Origin: Pseudomonadota bacterium
GTDB taxonomy: Bacteria; Bdellovibrionota_C; UBA2361; OMII01
Assembly (NCBI GenBank): GCA_046300175.1
Contig: JBKCMS010000087.1
Location: forward strand, 9,485-73,484
Length of the DNA: 64,000 bases
Direction: 5' to 3'
Numbering within the stretch: position 1 is the first letter of the stretch; the number at the start of each line of letters is the position of its first letter. Below, in pieces: positions 8,437-15,657 of this stretch. A program made the position numbers and the translations under genes. The notes beneath the pieces are model-generated. The model was not told where the DNA came from, searched no databases, and saw only the letters and a list, made by a program, of their open reading frames with translations.

Positions 8437-9531
8437 CTAAAAACGCTCAGCATCAGAAGCAGGGGCTAAATCCCAGGCCGGGCGTGTTTCGCCGTTTACC
8501 TCTGTACCGCCAAGTATGTTTGCCTTTACTGCTTGTACAAAGTCGTAAGGAAACGCATGCGTTACTGATGACACAGAGTCAAGGCGAGCCATCTGCTGCT
8601 CAGTCAGAGATATAGTCGCTGCTTGCACGTTATCCTCCAATTGAGCTAGGGTCCGCGCACCAATGATAGGACTAGTCACTCCAGCCTTCTGCATCAGCCA
8701 ACGGATGGCGACCTGTGCAGGTGACGCCGCTACCTCTTCAGATACAGCTGCGAGCTCATCAATGATCTGATAGTTCTTCTCGGTGAGATGGGGGCTATTT
8801 TTCTGCATCCGGGTTGCTTCGGTCGGCCATGTCTTTCGGTTGATCTTACCACTTAAGAGCCCTGCACGTAGAGGCGACCAGGGAGTGACACCAAGACCAA
8901 AATGTTGTGCCATCGGCATTAACTCTCCCTCAACGGTCCGTTGCGCCAAGCTGTACTCAATTTGAAGAGCAATCAAAGGAGCGCCATTAATCTCTTTTAA
9001 TAGGTGGTGGCAGTGCGCAACTACCCAGGCTGGGTGGTCCGAAAGTCCGATGTACCGCACCTTACCGGTGCGTACTAGGTCATCCATCGCACGCACCATT
9101 TCGTCTAGGGGCGTGAACTGGTCCCAGAAGTGAGCCCAGTAAAGATCGATATAGTCAGTTCTAAGTCTCCTAAGAGATTCCTCGCAAGCTCCGATAATCG
9201 CTTTCCTTCCTGCTCCTCCGCCGTTTGGGTCGCCTATATACATATTGCCCATAAACTTTGTCGCAATAACGACTCTGTCTCGCGGGTGATTTGAAGCGCT
9301 GCCAGTTTTGTTTGCAAAGTACTCCCCAATAAAGTGCTCTGAATATCCCTTGGTGTAGATGTTGGCTGTGTCAATAAAATTGCCTCCGAGCTCAAGATAG
9401 CGATCGAGGATATCCTTTGACTCTTCTGCCGAACTGCCCCACCCCCACTGTTGGCCAAAAGTCATTGTGCCGAGGCACAAAGGACTCACTCTAAGGCCCG
9501 AACGACCGAGGGTTTTGTATTTCGTGAGCAT
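8437..9531 (-). CDS. Aldo/keto reductase
   Basis: MLTKYKTLGRSGLRVSPLCLGTMTFG, DTANIYT and GLSDHPAW are typical of AKR family members. The ATG at 9531 is preferred over the ORF-track start at 9588, which runs into repeat D. Confidence 0.85.
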   Translation of the reverse strand: MLTKYKTLGRSGLRVSPLCLGTMTFGQQWGWGSSAEESKDILDRYLELGGNFIDTANIYTKGYSEHFIGEYFANKTGSASNHPRDRVVIATKFMGNMYIGDPNGGGAGRKAIIGACEESLRRLRTDYIDLYWAHFWDQFTPLDEMVRAMDDLVRTGKVRYIGLSDHPAWVVAHCHHLLKEINGAPLIALQIEYSLAQRTVEGELMPMAQHFGLGVTPWSPLRAGLLSGKINRKTWPTEATRMQKNSPHLTEKNYQIIDELAAVSEEVAASPAQVAIRWLMQKAGVTSPIIGARTLAQLEDNVQAATISLTEQQMARLDSVSSVTHAFPYDFVQAVKANILGGTEVNGETRPAWDLAPASDAERF

Positions 9532-9546
9532 AATATACACCGAAGA

Positions 9547-9622
9547 TTTTTTCGAAGTTTGGCCAAGTCGCAGTCCGCATCTCTTCAACCGCAGCAGAAG
9601 ATATTTTTGAGACCGGTTCTAG
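9547..9622 (+). repeat. Repeat family D, copy 2
   Basis: TTTTTTCGAAGTTTGGCCAAGTCGCAGTCCGCATCTCTTCAACCGCAGCAGAAGATATTTTTGAGACCGGTTCTAG. Close match to the reverse complement of 43265-43343. Its 3' half matches 43406-43453. Confidence 0.75.
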
Positions 9623-9698
9623 TTAACTTAGATATCATGCGGTGAGCCCCTGCGCCATTAGGGTAAAACCTGCGTAGTGCATTGCAACTCTGCCGCTA

Positions 9699-9892
9699 GC
9701 CCGGATATTTCATGAAACTGCGTCGCGAGAGCGCCGAGAATGGTGATTTTTCGGGCCCGAAAGGCGGATTCAAAAATCGATTTTCGGGGCTTCAATCGCA
9801 TCGTGATACATTCCGGTCCGAAAATCGATTTTTGAGCCGAAAAAGCGCCGTTATCGTCGCTCACAGTAGCAGGCTTCATGAAATATGCGGGC
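9699..9892 (+). mobile_element. MITE-like element, family A, copy 2 (194 bp)
   Basis: About 9 substitutions relative to copy 1. Same terminal inverted repeats. Confidence 0.8.
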
Positions 9893-10012
9893 TTGCCACT
9901 CAGAGGCGTTTAATTCCCTTAAAGGAAAAATATGCCGGCTGATGCTGCTCAACCCAACAAGTTCAATGGATTCAGCACATTTTTGGCCCAGTGAAGACGG
10001 ACCGATATGATA

Positions 10013-10146
10013 CAGCTGCTTAAAAGCACAAGGATTTTTGTTTTCTGCGCGCAATCCTGGCACCGTCAGGATGCGCACCGGAAATTCAAAAGCGGCCGTG
10101 AATTTAGCCGGATGAGCGATCTGGGACCAACAACTGCGCTTTTAGG
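10013..10146 (+). repeat. Repeat family B, copy 2 (5' arm less well conserved)
   Basis: CAGCTGCTTAAAAGCACAAGGATTTTT...ATCCTGGCACCGTCAGGAT...CTGCGCTTTTAGG aligns with 6680-6818. Confidence 0.7.
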
Positions 10147-10364
10147 ATTTAATCTTCTATTGATTTCTTAACACAGCTCTGGCCTACTTCGGCTGCTTGT
10201 GCGAAGCGCTCGCGTTAAATTGCACACTTCGATTTGCAAGCCTAACAACTAAGAGTGCGTAACAAAATAAATCTCTTGTAAAGCTGCGCATGTGCGACGC
10301 TTGCACCAAGACTTACCAGAGAGCCATTTTGTTACGCGCTCCAAGACATAGAACCTGGTGAAGT

Positions 10365-11420
10365 ATGCTTGGTACAAACGCCTCTACTCAAGAGCGGTCT
10401 TACATTAATTTGCGCCCTCCCCAGTCGCCACTACGGGTGATTAACGACCCTTTAGGTATGGAGCAATCGACGTATCGGAAGCTCTATTCGGATTTTATGA
10501 GAGCTACAGCTCACGACTTGCGGTCTTGGATCGAGATATCATCAATCTTCCACGGCATTGAACTGCCACGTTCCTCTGTGATCCTCGGAAGTGGCCTCGG
10601 AGCACTCACCTCTCAATTAGAGATAGTTGCTAGGAGACCGTTTATCGATTGCGGCCTTGCCAAGCCAACGGCAGATGGCCATTCTGGTGAGTTTCTTCTA
10701 GCGGCAATAGCTGGAAAGGGTGTGCTGCTTCAATCCGGCCGTATGCATCTTTATGAAAACTGGTCTCCTGCGGTTGTAGCGTTACCGGTGCGTGCACAAG
10801 CTATCGCTGGCATTACTAACTTCATTATAACAAATGCAGCTGGGAGCCTAAGCCCAGATGTTGAAGTTGGTGATCTTGTTGTTTTAAGTGGCAACAGTGG
10901 GGCTCAGGCTTATTCTCCATCCAACTCTTTATTCGACGCCAAAAACGAAGATGTGGGTCCTTTTGGCGAAAAGTTCTATCCGGTTAATGATTGCTACTCC
11001 CAAGACTTACGCTCTGAATTTTTTTATCTAGCCTGTCAGCACGAAATCAGAGTCCACACAGGGGTGTATCAGTTCATGCCGGGGCCACGCTATGAAGAAC
11101 CAAACGAGATAGCAAGATTTGTTCGAGAACGTCAGCAGGCCTTGGCAAGTGGAACGCCTGAAAATGCTTTGATTGCTGTTGGTATGTCTACTGCTCCTGA
11201 AGTCTATGCGCTGGCGCAACTTCGCACCCATCCCAGTTTCTCAAATATTCAGGTTCTTGGAATATCAAATATCACCAATAAGGCAGCAGGGATCGGCGGC
11301 AGCACGCCGACCTCTGAGGAAGTTCTGGCTGCTGGGCCGATCGGCGGCAGCAAGATCGCTAAGATACTGCGGGATTTACTGCCAAATATTCAAAACCCGA
11401 ATATCAAATTCCCTCGGTAG
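10365..11420 (+). CDS. Purine nucleoside phosphorylase (PunA/PNP family I-2) with an N-terminal extension
   Basis: ILGSGLG, GRMHLYE and GMSTAPEV motifs. 351 aa, against about 275 aa for typical members. The start could be the internal ATG at 10458. Confidence 0.8.
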   Translation: MLGTNASTQERSYINLRPPQSPLRVINDPLGMEQSTYRKLYSDFMRATAHDLRSWIEISSIFHGIELPRSSVILGSGLGALTSQLEIVARRPFIDCGLAKPTADGHSGEFLLAAIAGKGVLLQSGRMHLYENWSPAVVALPVRAQAIAGITNFIITNAAGSLSPDVEVGDLVVLSGNSGAQAYSPSNSLFDAKNEDVGPFGEKFYPVNDCYSQDLRSEFFYLACQHEIRVHTGVYQFMPGPRYEEPNEIARFVRERQQALASGTPENALIAVGMSTAPEVYALAQLRTHPSFSNIQVLGISNITNKAAGIGGSTPTSEEVLAAGPIGGSKIAKILRDLLPNIQNPNIKFPR

Positions 11421-11466
11421 CGAGGAAGAAGCCTAAAGCGCGCCCAATTCGCTCCCATCATCGCAA

Positions 11467-11634
11467 TTACTGCTGCTCTGCTGCTGCTATCTCTTCGCAG
11501 TACAGCTCTAGCGTCTTTCTGAGAAGTGTGAATTCATTATCTGCACAGATTACCTGGAAGAGCGTCTGCAAAGTTCGGCTCTTGTTTGTTTCGTTGGTGC
11601 TGACATCCGTGTATGTGTAGTTCGTGTTCATCAT
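11467..11634 (-). CDS. Small hypothetical ORF (54-55 aa), not in the ORF track
   Basis: AAGGAG lies 3-6 nt upstream of tandem ATGs (11634 and 11631). Product MMNTNYTYTDVSTNETNKSRTLQTLFQVICADNEFTLLRKTLELYCEEIAAAEQQ. No homology recognised. Confidence 0.3.
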   Translation of the reverse strand: MMNTNYTYTDVSTNETNKSRTLQTLFQVICADNEFTLLRKTLELYCEEIAAAEQQ

Positions 11635-11774
11635 TTACTCCTTTAAGTTTAACGGCTACTTCGCCGTCAGTGGTAGCGACTCTGACACGATAGGAGTGCT
11701 CGGTTGTCATGAGCAGGTGTTGTTTTTGTAAAACTATTGTAACGCCAAAAGGAGCAGAGGATACCTTAACCGAG

Positions 11775-12300
11775 CTCTGGTAGGCCTGCCTCTGGTGCCT
11801 GCCTCTGGTGTGCCTGCCTCTGGTGCGGGGCTACTTTTCTTGCTGCCTCTGGTGCTTGCTGCCTCTGGTGCGGGGCTACTTTTATCGAATCTTCGGAGTC
11901 GAATATTCATCACTATTTATAATCATTCCAGATAGTTATGCCGGCGACGTGGGCTTGGCCCTGGTGGGGCCCTGGTGCGGGGCTACTTTTTTGGGCCCTG
12001 GTGCGGGGCTACTTTTGGGCCCTGGTGTGGGCTCTGGTGCGGGCTCTGGTGTGCGGGCTCTGGTGCGGGGCTACTTTTCTGGAATCTTCGTGGCCTCTGG
12101 TGCGGGGCTACTTTTCTGGAATCTTCAGAGTCGCTGGTGGGGCCCTGGTGCGGGGCTACTTTTTTGGGCCCAGGTGCGGGGCTACTTTTGGGCCCTGGTG
12201 TGGGCTCCGGTGCGGGGCTACTTTTCTTGAATCTTTGGAATCGAATCTTCATCGATATTTATGGTCATTCCAGATATTTACGCTGGCGACGAAAGTGGCC
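11775..12300 (+). repeat. Complex tandem array built on the 17-mer GGTGCGGGGCTACTTTT (9 intact copies plus many degenerate CTGGTG(T/C)GGGCT units), punctuated by two copies of an AT-rich 71-75-nt unit
   Basis: Intact 17-mers start at 11822, 11867, 11974, 12000, 12062, 12099, 12147, 12173 and 12209. AT-rich units at 11884-11954 and 12226-12300 (..TCGAAT.TTCATC..TATTTAT..TCATTCCAGATA.TTA.GC.GGCGACG..). An approximately 75-nt higher-order duplication links 11968-12045 and 12141-12215. Confidence 0.9.
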
Positions 12301-12303
12301 CGG

Positions 12304-12417
12304 CACCAAGTTACTCACCAAGTTACTCACCAAGTTATTCGCGTATCAAGCAATTTGCACCAAGCAATTTGCACCAAGCAATTTGCACCAAGTAATTCGC
12401 ACCAAATAAATTCACAC
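12304..12417 (+). repeat. Two short tandem repeats: CACCAAGTTACT x3, then CAAGCAATTTGCAC x3 plus 2 degenerate copies
   Basis: 12-mers at 12304, 12316 and 12328. 14-mers at 12347, 12361 and 12375, with degenerate copies at 12389 and 12403. They contain GCACCAAG, the reverse complement of CTTGGTGC, so they are inverted relative to the CTGGTGC core of the upstream array. Confidence 0.85.
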
Positions 12418-12427
12418 CAGTAGAATA

Positions 12428-12877
12428 CTATGACGCCGGAGCCTGACAAGAAACGTTGACTCCGTGCTCAAAAACAAGTCTTCCACCCAGGGTACCAACC
12501 CATATAGTTCCAATAAGTTGCAGCAGCAAAACACCCAAGTAGACAAAGTAGAACGCCCTTTTTCCTTGAGTTGCCGCCCGCGAGAGATAGTAAAAAGTGC
12601 CCAGTAACAGAGTTGTTGCAAGTAGCCCCTTACCAAGTGCGTGATGAAATGCCACTGCGTCTTGAGCTTCAACTGTTAATGACAGCGCTCGACTACTGGC
12701 CTGATATCCGGAGCTAAAAGCTGCAATTACCGATACCACACAAGCGATTACCGCTGAGGTCCTAAGCGTCTCGCCCGCTTCACGAGATCGTCCTAAACAG
12801 CTCAAGGCCTCTGCGGCACACAACAACAAAACACTTGCAAGGGGCAGTCCACTAGCTGGTGGGTGAAGATCAATCAT
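12428..12877 (-). CDS. Small integral membrane protein (DUF2231-like)
   Basis: Four hydrophobic helices. The C-terminal GTLGGRLVFEHGV resembles the DUF2231 signature. Confidence 0.5.
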   Translation of the reverse strand: MIDLHPPASGLPLASVLLLCAAEALSCLGRSREAGETLRTSAVIACVVSVIAAFSSGYQASSRALSLTVEAQDAVAFHHALGKGLLATTLLLGTFYYLSRAATQGKRAFYFVYLGVLLLQLIGTIWVGTLGGRLVFEHGVNVSCQAPAS

Positions 12878-13091
12878 AAACTTCTCCGGTACGGATTACT
12901 TTTGCAGTTACTGAAGGGCCGCGCCAGGTCTATCTGGCTCCTAGAGTAATCGATCCCCTGTAATATTAGAACCAGTCTCAAAGATAGCTTCTCCGCGAGG
13001 TTGAAGAGATGCGAAGCGAGACTGAGTATTTACCACTGGCTGTAAATGTGGTCCTGTTGGTTAACAAGTTCTTCCGTGATAGACTCCCGCA

Positions 13092-14195
13092 ATGGATAAC
13101 AAGCCGATTGCCCGTGCAGTCATAAACTTTGGACAGGAGCTCGAGAAGCTTCGCGTGCCTGATCCGAAGCTGAGCTGGGAGTGCGGGCAATATGAGATTG
13201 CGGAGACCGTAGCGGACCGCGGCTTCCGGGCGATGCATATCGCTTACATCTTAGCTCATCGTTGCTTGAGCCCTAAGCCCGAGCGAGCAGCTAGTCTCTT
13301 ATTATATCCGCAGCTCGACCTTCTCATACATAGTGATATTACGGATGCATCAGCTATACACGATGCCCTAAGACAAACACTCGAGCCCCTCGGTGAGACA
13401 GCAGATATAATTTTTGAATTAAGAGACGAGCTAAGCCAGGGTGAGTCACCCGAGTCGATCGTCGCAAAAGATGCAGATCTTCTGGCCGAAGCGCTCTCAA
13501 TGCTTGAGCAATCAGCGCGTGGCAGACGCGGGATAGAGCCACGTATGCGGGAGATAGAGGGAAGCTTGGTTAGTACTCAGGCGCAAGGTTTGCTCAAAGA
13601 GGCATCTGAGGTGTCACCGTTTCGATACCACCAGAACTTCTCAGAGGCTACGCCGTTATTGCAGAGTGAGGTGGATTATCTTTATGAACTAGGGAAGCTG
13701 CGTCTGCAATCTCGTACGGGGTGGGAATTTCTCGGGATTCGCCACGAGAGCGTTGGAGCCCACAGTTATCGGGGAGCACAACTAACGCCATTTCTTACGC
13801 AAGCCTACGCCAAATACCATAAGGAGCATGTTGATTCATGTCTGACGGCGATGCATGTCGCCGTGCATGATATACCTGAAGCTCGCTGCGGAGACGCTAA
13901 CCGAGTATCAAAAGCATATGTTAGTGTGAGAGAAAAAGATGCAATCAATCACCAGACAAGCATGCCTGGTACTGCTGGGCAGAAAATAAAAGAGATGTGG
14001 CTTGCCGTTGAGGAAAAGCGTCCGCACGAGGGGGCTATCGCCAAGGATGCTGACTACACCGAGATGGCCATAGAGGCAGACTCATTAGTCCGGAGTAAAA
14101 TACTAGCGGCGCGGGAATGGATTACGAAATCACTCTCAAGTCTTCGGACTCCATTGGGCATGCAGATTGTCAAAACGCTAATTGAAGAGGCATAG
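13092..14195 (+). CDS. Tandem HD-domain phosphohydrolase-like protein (N-terminal copy degenerate, C-terminal copy YfbR-like)
   Basis: The C-terminal half has SVGAHSYRGA, HDIPEARCGD and AKDADYTEMAIEA. The N-terminal half has a parallel HIAYILAHR...AKDADLLAEALSMLE but lacks a clear HD dyad. Confidence 0.6.
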   Translation: MDNKPIARAVINFGQELEKLRVPDPKLSWECGQYEIAETVADRGFRAMHIAYILAHRCLSPKPERAASLLLYPQLDLLIHSDITDASAIHDALRQTLEPLGETADIIFELRDELSQGESPESIVAKDADLLAEALSMLEQSARGRRGIEPRMREIEGSLVSTQAQGLLKEASEVSPFRYHQNFSEATPLLQSEVDYLYELGKLRLQSRTGWEFLGIRHESVGAHSYRGAQLTPFLTQAYAKYHKEHVDSCLTAMHVAVHDIPEARCGDANRVSKAYVSVREKDAINHQTSMPGTAGQKIKEMWLAVEEKRPHEGAIAKDADYTEMAIEADSLVRSKILAAREWITKSLSSLRTPLGMQIVKTLIEEA

Positions 14196-14402
14196 CGGTT
14201 GTCATCTGCGGGGTGTACCTCTCCCAACCGATCAGATCCCTACCAGAACCCATAATACCCTCTCTCAATACCCACCGCCCCACCTTCCATATTCCGAGAA
14301 GGATTCAGATGGCCCTGCTTTACGTTGACTACCCCCAGCGTTATCTCTAGCTTTGGGAGCAAGCCAGTAAGGTATTATGAAAGCGAAGGCGTCGGAAACC
14401 TA

Positions 14403-14595
14403 GCCTGCATATTTCATGAAGCCTGCTACTGCGAGCGACGATAACGGCGCTTTTTCGGCTCAAAAATCGATTTTCGGACCGGATTGTATCGCGATACGAT
14501 TTAAGCCCCGAAAATCGATTTTTGAATTCGCCCTTCGGGCCCGAAAATCACCATTCTCGGCGCTCTCGCGACGCAGTTTCATGAAATATGCGCTA
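14403..14595 (-). mobile_element. MITE-like element, family A, copy 3 (inverted orientation)
   Basis: Its reverse complement aligns end to end with copies 1 and 2 at roughly 93-95% identity. The right terminus is slightly eroded, so the end could be 14593 or 14595. Confidence 0.8.
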
Positions 14596-14632
14596 AGGAC
14601 GCTGCTAGCTCAAGAATGTAAATATATGCACT

Positions 14633-14678
14633 TAGTATTGCGGCTGGTTTCCCCAAAAATCACTCGCGCAGGGTTTAT
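14633..14678 (+). repeat. Repeat family C, 3' fragment
   Basis: TAGTATTGCGGCTGG...CAAAAATCACTCGCGCAGGGTTTA matches the 3' end of 8317-8420. Ends about 17 nt from the stop of the minus-strand gene 14696..15406. Confidence 0.6.
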
Positions 14679-14695
14679 TAATCCTAAAGCGAAGT

Positions 14696-15406
14696 TTATT
14701 TAATTGCCGGATTATTATCAGACGCTCGGGGCCCAACACTGATCAACAATCGACCGTCACGGATAACTACTTCGCGTAACCTTTTGACCACCGGGGAAGC
14801 CGCTCCCTGAACCTCTGGGTCCGCCATGGCATGTGCTACGGCTCCCACTACCCATTCCGCCGCGTGGCCTCTCGGTAAATCTTCAAGCACCTTATTGTTG
14901 AGCACCAATTCAGAGAATCCCAGTTTAGGCTGGCCTTCCTTTAAGGCGAAACTACCTCGTATCTTACCAACCAGCGAGCGCTGTGAAATATCTCCAACTA
15001 GGCGTGAGGCCGCTGACCACTGGCCCAGAACTCCTAGCGGAAAAGAGAAGTTTAGAGACATCTCCCCGCCTGTAATGGTTACATGAAGACGATCTCTCCA
15101 CGTCGTCTCTGAAATAAGGGCCTGAATCTCGCGGTCAGAGAGCTCAATCGTCGCTGGCGTGCCCTTTTGAACCGCTGTCCGGAGCTGCTGAAGCTTATCA
15201 AGGGCCGCCGATGCGGTAGCACCATCGACAGCGAGTACCGGTAGCGGATCAGACGATTCCACTGTGTACTGGTCAACTGCACTGCGCATGCTGCGCAAAC
15301 CAAAGAACCATGCGCTACCAATCACTAAGCAAAATAGCACAGTAGCGATTAAGCACCCGTAGACAAAGCACCCCGGCTGACCTGCGTACGTCCGAGCTTG
15401 ATTCAT
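14696..15406 (-). CDS. Hypothetical membrane-anchored protein
   Basis: 236-aa ORF with an N-terminal TM (FVYGCLIATVLFCLVIGSAWFFGL). Its start overlaps the upstream ORF stop by 4 nt (ATGA). Confidence 0.5.
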   Translation of the reverse strand: MNQARTYAGQPGCFVYGCLIATVLFCLVIGSAWFFGLRSMRSAVDQYTVESSDPLPVLAVDGATASAALDKLQQLRTAVQKGTPATIELSDREIQALISETTWRDRLHVTITGGEMSLNFSFPLGVLGQWSAASRLVGDISQRSLVGKIRGSFALKEGQPKLGFSELVLNNKVLEDLPRGHAAEWVVGAVAHAMADPEVQGAASPVVKRLREVVIRDGRLLISVGPRASDNNPAIK

Positions 15407-15627
15407 CGAATATCAAACCCATCTCGAACGTGGCTGACCTCTTTCTTGAAGGCACACTCGCGTACAGTGCGAACATCGCGGGTTCCGTAAGCTTGCGCGC
15501 ACTGAATACAATGCTCGTACGATGAAGCAACTTCACCGGATTGCAGCCAAGTTTCGCACGCTTGCTTTTTAGAAGTAAAACACCCGGAAGATGAAACGAT
15601 TAGGAAGATGATAAGCGCTATTCTCAT
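15403..15627 (-). CDS. Small Cys-rich putative lipoprotein
   Basis: MRIALIIFLIVSSSGC signal plus lipobox. 74 aa. Translationally coupled to the downstream ORF. Confidence 0.45.
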   Translation of the reverse strand: MRIALIIFLIVSSSGCFTSKKQACETWLQSGEVASSYEHCIQCAQAYGTRDVRTVRECAFKKEVSHVRDGFDIR

Positions 15628-15657
15628 GACCGGAATCCTAGCATGGGATGTGCGTAT

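Noticed and set aside
8052-8615. ORFs running through the family A copies on both strands (8052..8303, 8136..8615, 9658..9879, 9712..9942, 14416..14703), giving conserved peptides such as MKLRRESAENGDFSGPKGGFKNRFSG
   Set aside because: Conservation follows the DNA repeat boundaries and not ORF boundaries. Both strands are open simultaneously. The element is a palindrome with TIRs. A tiny encoded peptide cannot be strictly excluded without Ribo-seq.
11775-12300. CRISPR array interpretation of the GGTGCGGGGCTACTTTT repeats
   Set aside because: The unit is only 17 nt. Spacing is irregular (26-107 nt). The spacers are themselves degenerate copies of the repeat. No cas genes or leader are present in the window.
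11808-12423. ORFs of 140-161 aa in three plus-strand frames and one minus-strand frame across the repeat array (LVRGYF/GPWCGATF-type repeats)
   Set aside because: All frames are open only because the 17-mer lacks stop triplets. The products are pure repeat translations, they overlap each other, and they have no start context. They were treated as non-coding.
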